Source: Bacillota bacterium (GTDB lineage: Bacteria; Bacillota; Clostridia; Ch29). Taken from it: a stretch of DNA of 64,000 nt. The translations under genes and the position numbers were made by a program. Location of the stretch: assembly GCA_040766775.1 (NCBI GenBank), contig JAXGPT010000003.1:30098-94097 (forward strand), read 5' to 3'. Of the stretch, positions 44,606 through 54,136 are shown in pieces. The stretch's first letter is position 1; every line of letters begins with the position of its first letter. Below the pieces are notes generated by a model. The model was not told the origin of the DNA. It ran no database searches and saw only the letters and a list, made by a program, of their open reading frames with translations.

Positions 44606-44839
44606 ATGGCAAAGGTAAGAGGAAAGGTTACATTCAAGGAGCATCTGTGCAAGGGATGCGAGCTTTGTACAACTGTTTGTCCGGTAAACATAGTAAAGAT
44701 GGCAAAGGACAGGATAAACGTGAAAGGGTATCACCCTGCAACCGTTTACGAGATGGAAAAGTGCATAGCCTGCGGGAACTGTGCCACCATCTGTCCTGAC
44801 ACTGTTATCGAGGTTGAAAGGATAAGAGATAACGACTAG
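44606..44839 (+). CDS. 4Fe-4S dicluster ferredoxin (delta subunit of 2-oxoacid:ferredoxin oxidoreductase)
   Basis: Internal ATG after AAAAGGAGGG. Two CxxCxxCxxxCP motifs ([24 protein letters not shown]). Confidence 0.88.
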   Translation: MAKVRGKVTFKEHLCKGCELCTTVCPVNIVKMAKDRINVKGYHPATVYEMEKCIACGNCATICPDTVIEVERIRDND

Positions 44840-44882
44840 TTTTATCCAGGTAGAACGATTCAAATTAGAGGAGGGAAATTTT

Positions 44883-45943
44883 ATGGCAAAGGTTTTAATG
44901 AAGGGAAATGAAGCAATCGGTGCTGCTGCAATTAAGGCCGGCTGCAAGTTTTTCTTCGGTTACCCGATTACGCCTCAAAGCGAGCTGCCCGAATACATGG
45001 CCAGGGAGATGCCGAAGGCAGGTGCTACTTTCCTGCAGGCCGAGAGTGAGGTGGCTGCCATAAACATGGTCTATGGTGCTGCAGGAGCAGGAGCAAGGGT
45101 GATGACCTCATCCTCCAGCCCCGGCATAAGCTTGAAACAGAAGGTATTTCCTACTTGGCAGGGTCAGAGCTGCCCTGTGTAATAGTGAATATTATAAGAG
45201 GAAATTTTGGCCCCTTAAGTGGAATACAACCGAAGGCGATCGGACTATTTTCAGGCTTTCTGAGGCGGCGAGTACTGGTGATTGTTATAAGATGGTGGTG
45301 CTGGTACGGCGTCGGTACAGGAACTGACCGACCTTCTGATGGAAGGTTTTGACATAGCCGACCAGTACAGGAACCCGGTAATGATAATAGGGGACGGTAT
45401 GCTGGGTCAGATGATGGAACCGGTGGAGCTGAGGAACCCAAAACGATCTGCCTCCCAAAGGACTGGGCTGCTACCGGCACCGGAGGAGAGGACACACCAA
45501 CGTTATCAATTCATTGTTCATTTGACCCCGCCGGAGTAAAGAAGCACAATTTAAAGCTTAAGTAGGATTCGACGAAATGGAAAAGAACGAGAAAAAGTAT
45601 GAAATATACAACTGCGACAATCGGACATTATAGTGGCTGCTTACGGCACCACTTCAGGATTGTAAAAACCGCAATAGACAAGTGTAAGGACGAGGGCATA
45701 AATGTCGGTCTCATTAAGTACATATCCCTCTGTCCCTTCCCCTACGAGGTATTCGAGAGTATGCCGACAGGCCAAGTGACCCGCTTCCAGTGGAAATAGT
45801 GGTAAGATGGTGGAGGACGTGAAACTGGGCGTTAATGGCAAAAAGCCGGTTTATTTCTACGGCAGGACCGGAGGAGGAATGGTACCGGTACCCGACGACA
45901 TTGTGGTAAAGAGATAAAGAAAATATTAGGGGGTGCTAAATAA
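44883..45943 (+). pseudogene. vorB: 2-oxoacid (2-ketoisovalerate-type):ferredoxin oxidoreductase alpha subunit, multiple frameshifts
   Basis: [34 protein letters not shown] is intact to ~45130. After that, [45 protein letters not shown] and GINVGLIK...PFPYE are scattered over three frames. Confidence 0.85.
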
Positions 45944-46687
45944 TGAAGCGAGATGGTATTCAAAGAACCAAGGAGGTTACAGGACAGTATTTCCATTACT
46001 GCCCGGGCTGCACCCATGGTATAATCCACCGGCTGGTTGCCGAGGTCAGCCAGGAACTGGGCGTCCTCGAAGGCTATCGGAGTTGCGCCAGTTGGATGCT
46101 CGGTTTCGCCTATGACTATTTCAACTGCGACATGCAGGAAGCCGCCCGGCAGGGCACCCGCGGTCGCTACCGGAACGTAAAGAGGTACATCCGGACAAAG
46201 TAGTGTTCACCTACCAGGAGATGGTGACCTTGCCTCCATAGGTACCGCCGAGATAGTACACGCAGCCATGAGAGGAGAAAAAATCACCACCATATTTGTC
46301 AACAACGCAATATACGGTATGACCGGCGGGCAGATGGCACCCACTACGCTGGTGGGCCAGAAGGCTACTACATCGCCCTTTGGAAGGGACAAGAACCATG
46401 CCGGTTCGCCCATAAGGATGAGCGAGATGCTGGCAACGCTGGAGGGGCCTGCTTATATAGAAAGGGTCACGGTAACCACGCCGGCCCATGTAAGGAAGGC
46501 CAAAAAGGCCATCAGGAAGGCCTTCGAAGCACAGATAGAGGGTAAAGGTTTTTCCATGATAGAAGTGCTGTCCACCTGTCCCACCAACTGGGGACTATCC
46601 CCCGTTGAAGCGCTTAGGTGGCTGGAGGAAAACATGATACCCTATTATCCGCTGGGAGTTTACAAAGCGCCCGAGGAGGTGAAATAG
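45943..46687 (+). pseudogene. 2-oxoacid:ferredoxin oxidoreductase beta (TPP-binding) subunit, frameshifts
   Basis: FHYCPGCTHGIIHRLVAEV...AYDYFNCDMQEAA, then shifts. 46268-46687 is intact ([19 protein letters not shown]). TAATG start overlap with the alpha subunit. Confidence 0.85.
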
Positions 46688-46690
46688 GAT

Positions 46691-47234
46691 ATGATAAACG
46701 AGCGTGTAATAATGAAATGGATTTGAGTAAGGGCGGCGATGTCCATGGTAAGCTTCTCACCTACGCGGGAATGATTGAAGGCAAGAATGTGTCCTGGCTG
46801 CCGTCCTGGTAGGAGATGCGGGGAGGCACCGCCAACTGTAATGTAATCATATCCGACAATCCCGTGGCTCTACGTTGTAACGGATGCAACCGCTGTAATA
46901 GCAATGAACAAGCCGTCGCTGGACAAATTTGAACCCGCTCTGTAGTAAAGGATGGGCTGCTGCTAATAAACAGCTCGCTCATCGACAGAAGTAAGAAAGG
47001 GACGACATAAAGGGCTTACCAGATACCTGCCAATGAAATAGCCAATGAGTTGGGCAACAGCAGGATAACCAACATGGTTATGCTGGGGTATCTCGAAAAT
47101 GCTCGTCATTAAAAGCGTACTGAAGCCCTAAAAAAGGTTTTCCAGAGGAGAGAAAAGCCCATTTGATACCCATAAACGAGGATGCCCTGAACAGAGCGCT
47201 TGGCAAAGTGGTCAAAACAAGCAGCTGCGGCTGA
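46691..47234 (+). pseudogene. 2-oxoacid:ferredoxin oxidoreductase gamma subunit, frameshifts
   Basis: Fragments KLLTYAGMIEGKNVSWLPS, EMRGGTANCNVIISDNPV, KDGLLLINSSLIDR and IPANEIANELGNSRITNMVMLG lie in different frames. Confidence 0.8.
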
Positions 47235-47269
47235 TAGGAAATATACCCGGCAGTTTTACCGGAGGGCTG

Positions 47270-47309
47270 AAAAGCAGCCCACCGCCAAAAAGGGGTGGGC
47301 TGCTTTTTT
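47270..47309. terminator. strong (bidirectional-type) intrinsic terminator
   Basis: AAAAGCAGCCCACC-gccaaaaagg-GGTGGGCTGCTTTT(TT), a 14-bp stem flanked by an A-run and a T-run. Confidence 0.9.
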
Positions 47310-47311
47310 AC

Positions 47312-49195
47312 GTTCGCCCGACATGAAGCAGTAACTAGGCGGTGAAAGTCCGCTATGGGCTCAGTAGTGGGAACGCCATTAGCTAAACAGCAAAGGTGTT
47401 CACCGTGAGGTGAAATCTGGAGAAGCTGCAGGCAAAGTCCCGCACCGACGGACAGGAACTGCATACAAGGCATACGTGGAACGGACGAGTTTGCATAACA
47501 AAACGAAGTCCAACACTACCCGAATTCCGGTGTAAATGCGGCGGTGACATGGGATGAAAGTTACTGTTCTTAATCGGGGAGGTCTGGCAGGTACGTCAGG
47601 CAGGGAATGAGATTTTCCCATGATAACCCATGCAGCGATGTATGGGCTGAGCTGTCAGAAGTCAGCAGAGAGTCATAGTACCATACCGGATATATACGGA
47701 ATGGGAAGGACCGAACGGAAGGATGTTTTGGTATTGTGAAGCACACTACGAAATGCGATGAGCGCAGCCAACTTCATACTGAAGACTACCTGTGTGAGGA
47801 TAGGGTGGAACCCGAAAGAAGCATGGGAGTGCAGAGTATTTCGTTTACGTCTTCAAAGACCAAAACGATGGCAATGAGTATGCCGAGCTTGCTTGATAAA
47901 ATACTTGACCGAGAACAACATGAACAAGGCATACAAGAGGGTTAAGTCAAACAAAGGCAGCCATGGAATTGATGGAATGACAGTAGATGAACTTCTACAG
48001 TTTCTGAAGAAAATGGTGAGCAAATCAGGCAGTGTATCCGGGAGGAGTACTTACAAGCTAAAACCTATGCGGCGGATAGAATGCCAAAGCCGGGCGGCAA
48101 AAGACTACTTGGCATACCAACAGTAGTGGACAGAGTAGTGCAACAGGCAATAGCCCAGTATTAAGCCCAATCTTTGAAAGCAGTTCTCGATTGAGCTATG
48201 AGTTCAGTAGGAAGGGACGCAAAACAGGCGGTATTGAAATGCAAGGAATACATAAACGAGCTACGACTGGGCTGTGGATATTGACCTTGCGAAATGCTGA
48301 TACCGTAAGCCGACAAGTCAGTGGTACAATCCATAAAACCGTTAAGGATAGGGGAGTAATATCACTTATCCGCAAATTCCTTCAATCAGGAGTAATGATA
48401 AATGGAGTAGTGGTGGAAACGGAAGAGGGCTGTCCGCAGGGTAGTACGCCAAGCCCGCTGCTATCCAATATCATGCTGAATGAACTGGATAAGGAACTAG
48501 AAAGAAGGGGGCTTAAATTCTGCCGGTACGCCGATGATGTAAACATATACGTCAGAAGCAGGAAGCCAGCAGAAAAAGTAATGGTAGTGTTACACGGTTA
48601 TCGAAGACGATTTAAAACTTAAGGTAAACCGTGAAAAGTACTGTTGATAGGTAGCAGCGGCTGAAATTTTAGGTTTCTCCTTTTACCGTAAAGATAGTGG
48701 TATAGGGATAAGGGTGCACCCAAGGTCACTAGCGAAGTTTAAATCAAGCTAAAGGAGATAACCTCAGGAGTAATGTTATGAGCATGGAATACAGGATATT
48801 TAAACTGAACCAGAGCATTACCGGCTGGGTAAACTACTTTAGCCTGGCGGACATGAAAGCAATAGCTGCTAAACTTGACGGGTGGATAAGGCGCAGGATA
48901 AGAATGTGCTACTGGAAGCAGTGGAAGAAAGTTAGTACAAGCACAGGAACCTTGTAAGGTTAGGTATAGACAACTACAAGGCATGGCAGTATGCCAACAC
49001 GAGGAAAAGCTACTGGCATACAGCCAATAGCTTTATCGCAGGCAAATCCATCACCAATGAATACCTGAAAAGTTTGGGTCTAAAGTCAGTATCCGAAAGA
49101 TATTCATTGATCCCATTAATATCTTTTCGAACCGCCGTATGCCGGACGGCGCATACGGTGGTGTGAGAGAACAGGGGTTAATCATCCCCTCCTAC
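47312..49195 (+). mobile_element. group II intron, bacterial class C (IIC), with decayed RT/maturase ORF
   Basis: The 5' end is GUUCGCCCGACAUG... Conserved blocks GAGUUUGCAUAACAAAACGAAGUCC, GGGGAGGUCUGG and AGAAGUCAGCAGAGAGUCAUAGUACC are present. Domain V is GAACCGCCGUAUGCCGGACGGCGCAUACGGUGGUG (49131-49164). These resemble the Oceanobacillus IIC intron as I recall it. The intron begins 2 nt after a terminator U-tract, the typical IIC target. Confidence 0.85.
47868..49110 (+). pseudogene. group II intron reverse transcriptase/maturase, many frameshifts
   Basis: LLDKIL..NMNKAYKRVKSNKGSHGIDGMTVDEL, LLGIPTVVDRVVQQAIAQ, GCPQGSTPSPLLSNIMLNELDKELERRGLKFCRYADDVNIYV (YADD) and ITGWVNYF occur in several frames. 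Confidence 0.85.
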
Positions 49196-49207
49196 TCCGA
49201 TTCCAGT

Positions 49208-50620
49208 TTAAAGACCTCCCTTCGGGTCCACCTTGACGTCCCTGGGGGTAAGCCATTGCCCCGTTTCCCGGCAAAGGGCATACCTTTTGCCAGTTCCCCC
49301 GACCGGGACATGGTCTTTATCTTTTCAAGGCATTCTATAAGCCGGTCTATATCCTTTTATTATAGGTAGCAAGGCTTACCCTTACCATGCCGGGATACGC
49401 TTAAGTCTCCGGCTCTTTTCTTGTGTATAAGCCGGGACAGCTGCTGTGGATTAAGTCCCAACAGGTGCAGCATGTAGGGCTGGGCGCAAAGCACCCGTTT
49501 CTAACGGCAATACCCCCTCCCCGGGGTAAGCGCGGCGTGCCGAGTAGTGGGGTAGCCGTCAGGTTGGTAATAACCCCCACCCTGTTCCCCGGTCCGGTTG
49601 GGATCGGTTTCGCCGTATACCGCAGAGCCCTTTGACTTCCCCCAGCCTTTTAAAGGGCATAGGAAGTAAACGGTTCTTTCATGGTTTTCAATGTTACGCA
49701 TGCCTTGCCTTTGCAAATATTGAATGGCGGATGCCAGTGCCACTGCCCCCACAACGTTGGGGGAGCCGAGCTCTTCCTGTCCGGAAGCCCGGCCATTCCA
49801 CCGTTTCCGGGGTAACCTTGTGTATTAACGGTGCCGCCGCCGGTGTACTCGGGAGCGCCCGTTAAAGGTCCTTTTTGGTCCTATAAGCCCCCGGTTCCAA
49901 AGGAGCGTACATTTTATGGGCGGAAAAAACGAGGTAATCAATATGTTCCGGGTGGTCGTCCGGGTTTATATCCACCGGTGAATGGGGCACAAGCTGGGCA
50001 CCGTCTACCAAGGATGGGTACCCCTGCGCGGTGGGCAATGGCAGCGGTACTTCCCACATCGTTCTTGAAACCGGTTACGTTGGAGGCCCCCGAGACGCTT
50101 ACAAAGTTTTTATCCTGCGCCCGTACCGCAGTTTGGTTTCCAGGTCATCCAGGTCAAGGGCGCCCCGCCGGTCAGCGCCGCCGGCGTACACCGCTGCCGC
50201 CTTGGACCTCCGGGGAAGGTCGTTGGAATGATGTTCCATCATGGTTGTGAGCACCAAATCCCCTTGGCGAGCCCCCAATCAGTAGGAGACCTTGTTTACC
50301 CGCTTCGGTGGCGTTTTTCACGAAAATTACGCAGTTGCTGGAAAAGTCCGCCTTTACAAAGCTGCCTACCACTTCGTGGGCTTCGTCGTATACATGGGTG
50401 GAGACTTGGGACTTGAAACCGGTGCCCCTGTGTACGCTGGAATACCAGTCCATGAACTCCAATTACGCTTGTCCAGTACCGGGCGCAGTACCGGGGTGCT
50501 GGCGGCATTGTCCAGGTTCACGTAAGATGCATATCCCTCCCCCGGCAAAGAGAACCTTCTTGTCTACCCACAATATCCCTGCGGAACCTTGCATGGTTAA
50601 ACCCTTCCCTTTTAAAACAT
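49208..50620 (-). pseudogene. aminotransferase class V-fold PLP enzyme (cysteine desulfurase-like), many frameshifts
   Basis: Minus-strand fragments: YVNLDNAASTPVLRPVLDK, EFMDWYSSVHRGTGFKSQVSTHVYDEAHEVVGSFV, VDGAQLVPHSPVDINPDDHPEHIDYLVFSAHKMYAP, GAVALASAIQYL. Confidence 0.8.
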
Positions 50621-50891
50621 GTTACATTCTCCTTTAAAAAATAAGCGCTAATACCATTATATGAACGGGGCGGAGTTTTGATTCCGCAGTGCCGCGGCAA
50701 AAATTCGCCGGCGGCGCGCCTTGCAAAAGTGCCCCCCCCAAAGCACAGGGGTTGCAGGCAGGATTGTAGTTACATAATATAATAAGGAGGGCAGTTTTTA
50801 ATGCCTATGGGATTTCAACCAATTGAAAAGCTATATTCGGTGTGATAATATTTAACCGTATTAGGCTGGCATACTAAGGACAGGAGATTGT

Positions 50892-52224
50892 ATGGGTAAA
50901 CTATTCGGAACCGACGGTGTAAGGGGAATAGCAAACGAGGAACTGACCAGCGACCTTGCATTCAAGCTTGCCCGGGCGGGAGCCGCCGTACTGAGCAGCG
51001 GGTAAAAGGTAAAGTTTGTACTGGGAACGGATACGCGCCTTTCTTCGGACATGCTGGAAAGCGCGATGGTCGCCGGGCTGTGTTCGGCGGGCAGCGATGC
51101 GGTGCTGGTGGGCGTGGTTCCAACACCGGCGGTGGTATACCTGATAAGGCACCTTGGCGCCGACGGGGTATTGTGATATCCGCTTCCATAATCCTGCCCA
51201 GTACAACGGGATAAAATTTTTCGACCGCCGCGGCTACAAGCTGGATGACCATTTGGAAGAGCCCAGTGGAAAAATTGTGCTGGAGGGTGCCGACGGGTTG
51301 TCGTGCACCGGCGTGAACTGGGCAGGAAAATAAACGAAACAAAGGGAGTAAAGTACTACGCGGACTCTCAAGGGCACGGTATCGGGAAATTTCGAAGGCA
51401 TGAGTGAAGCCGTTGACTGTGCCAACGGGGCGGCTTTTAAAGTGGCTCCCTTGGTACTGGAGGAACTGAAGACGAAGGTGAGTGTAATTAACGACTGCCC
51501 CGACGGGCTAAACATAAACGTGGAATGCGGGTCCACCCACCCGGAAGGATTGGCTTCCTTGTAGCCTTGAAGGAAAAGGGGGAAATCATGGACAGGGCTT
51601 GCCGCGACGGCGATGCCGACCGGCTAATCGCAGTGGACCACAGGGGCGAGATAATAGACGGTGACTATATAATGGCAGTCTGTGCCCAGCGGCAAGAGCC
51701 CGGAAACTTTCAAAGGATACCGTGGCAGCCACGGTGATGTCCAACCTGGGACTGCACCGGGCATTGGAGAAAATTGGCTGCGGGGTGGAGGAAACCAAGG
51801 TCGGGGACAAGTACGTGCTGCAGAGGATGATGGAGAAGGGATACAGCGCGGCGGCGACGATCGGGGCGTAATATTCCTGGACCTAAACACCACCGAGGAC
51901 AGCCTGACGGCACTCCAGCTTCTGGAGACCATTAAGTATTTCGGCAAAGCCTTTCCGGAACTTTGCAGCACCATGCAAAAATATCCCCAGGTCTGGTCAA
52001 CGCAAGGGTAGAAGTACGGACAGGAAGCTTACCGACAGGACCCGGTTATTTGCGCCGAGATTGAAAGGATACAAGACCAATTGAAAGGCAGCAGCTTGAG
52101 ATGCTTATAAGACCTTCAGGAACCGAGCCGCTGGTAAGGATTATGCTGGAGGGTAAGGATACGAGTAAAGCCCAGGCAGTATGCGGAAAACCTTGCAAAG
52201 CTGATTGAAACCCGCCTATCGTAG
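50892..52224 (+). pseudogene. glmM: phosphoglucosamine mutase, many frameshifts (probable assembly indels)
   Basis: [19 protein letters not shown]..., [39 protein letters not shown] and LIRPSGTEPLVRIMLEG are spread over three frames. 1333 nt against ~1347 expected. Confidence 0.88.
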
Positions 52225-52230
52225 AGACAG

Positions 52231-52249
52231 GGGACAGTTTCTTTGTCCC
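52231..52249 (+). repeat. hairpin GGGACA-gtttctt-TGTCCC (conserved-loop family relative)
   Basis: ACAGGGGACAGTTTCTTTGTCCC starts 7 nt after the glmM stop. Paralogous to 53770-53786. Confidence 0.6.
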
Positions 52250-52301
52250 GTTTGTACGTTTCGCGAAGGAGGCGATGGATGGAGATAGTCCCAAGGGTAT
52301 A

Positions 52302-52535
52302 AAGCGCCAGAACTCCTTAATCAGTAGGCACTTGCGCGGGTTGTGCGTCAAAACGCGGGTGTGCTAAAAGCGCCTATCGATTGCGTTTTACGTGCAGCGC
52401 GCCGCAGGCGCGTGGGGGAGTTGACGAAGGTCAGGGCTTATCGAGGCTTCATGGATAGGCCCGCGGTATCCTGCTGCTACCGTAAAGGCTCTACAAATCC
52501 ACCGGGCGACCGGCAGGACAAAGTCCGGGCAGTCA
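52302..52535 (+). ncRNA. glmS ribozyme: glmS ribozyme, copy 1
   Basis: AAGCGCCAGAACUCC...GGAGUUGACGAAGGUCAGGGCUUAUCGAGG...CCCGCGGUAUC...CUACCGUAAAGG...GGCAGGACAAAGUCCGGGCAG. It shares the core blocks of the glmS ribozyme and of copy 2, but has differences in the GGCGGAUG block. Confidence 0.8.
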
Positions 52536-52564
52536 ACAATACTGCTAAAAGGAGAAACACCGAT

Positions 52565-53669
52565 ATGAATAAAGCGGATAAAAGGGTTATCCCCATTATA
52601 TGCTAAAGGAGATATACGAACAGCCGGAAGTGATAGAAAACACCCTGAAGGACAGGACAATACCGGGAGCGAAGACATAAATCTAGCGATATAAAACTAA
52701 CCCAAAGCGACCTTGACGGGGTGCACAGAATGGTTGTGATTGCATGGCACGTCCTATCACGCGGGGCTTGCCGGCAAATACCTCATTGAAAAGTTCGCCG
52801 GGATACCGGTGGGGGGGGAAATAGCCTCAAGGTTCGGTACCGGGACCCGGCGGTGGATAAAAACAACCTGATAATAGCAATAAACCAGTCCAGGAAACCG
52901 CCGACACCTTGGATACAATGAGAAGGCAAAGCAAGTGCCCGCATCATTGCCATATCAAACGTGGCGGGAAGCACCATACCCAGGAGGCGGACCACTCCCT
53001 CTATACCTGTGCAGAGCCGGAATTTCGATAGCCTCCACCAAGGCCTTACACGTCATGATTAATTACCCTTTATTTACTTACGTTGAAACTGAAGCCCAAT
53101 TAAAGGGCAGGACGGGATTGACCGAAACATACCGGCAGAAGCTGGAGGCAGCACAGGCAGCCTGCCGGAAGAGCGCGAAAATTAACTGGACTGTTCGGGA
53201 GAAATGAAAGAGCTGGTAAGACTCGGCATAAGGATATGGAAAAGATTATATACCTGGGTAAAATCCTTGATTACGCATTAGTACGCCAGGGGTCATTGAA
53301 GCTGAAAAGAGACGTGTTATATACATTCGGTAACTTACCCGGCGGGCGAGTTCAGGCACCCGAGCATATGGCGCTGGTGAAGAAAGGGCTTTTTGTATTT
53401 TCCTTGCCACCCAGGATGCACTGCTAGGCAAGTCTCTGGTAAATTTGCGGGAAATAAAGGACGGGGAAGCCTGCGTGGTAGCCCTGAGCAGGGCTGACCG
53501 GGAAGTCGGCGAAGCGGCAGACAGGGTAATATATGTTCCGGAAGTACCGGATGAATTCACCTCGGCGCCGGCGGTAAATACCCCTGCGGTTGTTTTCTTC
53601 ATGGCGGCTTGTGAGGACACGATATTTGACAAGCCGCGAAGCCTGGTTAAAAGCGTCACCGATTCATAA
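52565..53669 (+). pseudogene. glutaminase-less GlmS homologue (two SIS isomerase domains only; GlmD/NagB-II-like), many frameshifts
   Basis: ATG after GGAG, then MNKADK + [54 protein letters not shown]-like, GSLKLK, and ADRVIYVPEVPDEF...KPRSLVKSVTDS-TAA. Colinear with residues ~245-609 of the downstream glmS. No MCGIVG glutaminase domain. Confidence 0.75.
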
Positions 53670-53693
53670 TCATAGGGACGGTTCTTTTGATTA
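53667..53693 (+). repeat. conserved-loop hairpin family copy (stem TAATCA/TGATTA, loop TAGGGACGGTTCTTT)
   Basis: Starts on the stop codon of the glmS-like ORF. Confidence 0.7.
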
Positions 53694-53748
53694 CATTTCA
53701 TTGAATTTATTATAAAGCCGAATATTGAATAACAAAGTTGGACACTGT

Positions 53749-53788
53749 ATGGGACGAGGGATGGGGTAAGGGACGTTCTTTGTCCCAT
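53749..53788 (+). repeat. hairpin ATGGGAC...GTCCCAT containing AGGGACGTTCTT (family relative)
   Basis: The inner alternative is GGGAC-gttcttt-GTCCC at 53770-53786. The flanks are paralogous to 52231-52260. Confidence 0.55.
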
Positions 53789-53871
53789 TTGTCAATTATG
53801 TAAAAGGGGTGGTGCGGTAAAGAATATGCAATTGGGAAAGGAGAGGAGGTGACAGCAGATATTAAAAAAAC

Positions 53872-54105
53872 AAGCGCCAGAACTCCTTAATCAATGAACG
53901 CTTGCGGGTGTGCGCCAAAATGCGGGCGTGCTGAAGCGCCTGTCAACCGCGCATTGCGTGCAGCGCGCTGCGGGCATTTGATAGCGGAGTTGACGAGGGT
54001 CGGGGCTTATCGAAGTTTTCGGCGGATGGCCCCGCGGTATGCTGCTACCGTAAAGGCCTTACAAATCCGCCGGGCGACCGGCGGGACAAAGTAGACCGGG
54101 CAGCA
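53872..54105 (+). ncRNA. glmS ribozyme: glmS ribozyme, copy 2
   Basis: AAGCGCCAGAACUCC...GGAGUUGACGAGGGUCGGGGCUUAUCGAAGUUUUCGGCGGAUGGCCCCGCGGUAUGCUGCUACCGUAAAGG...AAAUCCGCCGGGCGACCGGCGGGACAAAG, about 30 nt upstream of the glmS ATG. Confidence 0.88.
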
Positions 54106-54136
54106 ACGAAAAATCCCTAAAGGAGAATACAAGACT

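Noticed and set aside
49139-50637. Plus-strand ORFs of 60-139 aa (e.g. 49831-50250, 50308-50637).
   Set aside because: They lie antisense to the class V aminotransferase remnants and have Pro/Arg/Gly-rich nonsense translations.
52343-52606. 87-aa ORF (and the 66-aa ORF at 53894-54094) in the glmS leaders.
   Set aside because: Both coincide with the glmS ribozyme cores, and the two 'proteins' are conserved only because the RNAs are. There is no RBS.
44883-53669. Genuine genome decay or pseudogenisation of the whole block.
   Set aside because: The block includes essential glmM. Amino-acid sequence is well preserved between indels, with few stop-creating substitutions. That is unlike old pseudogenes and like raw long-read consensus.
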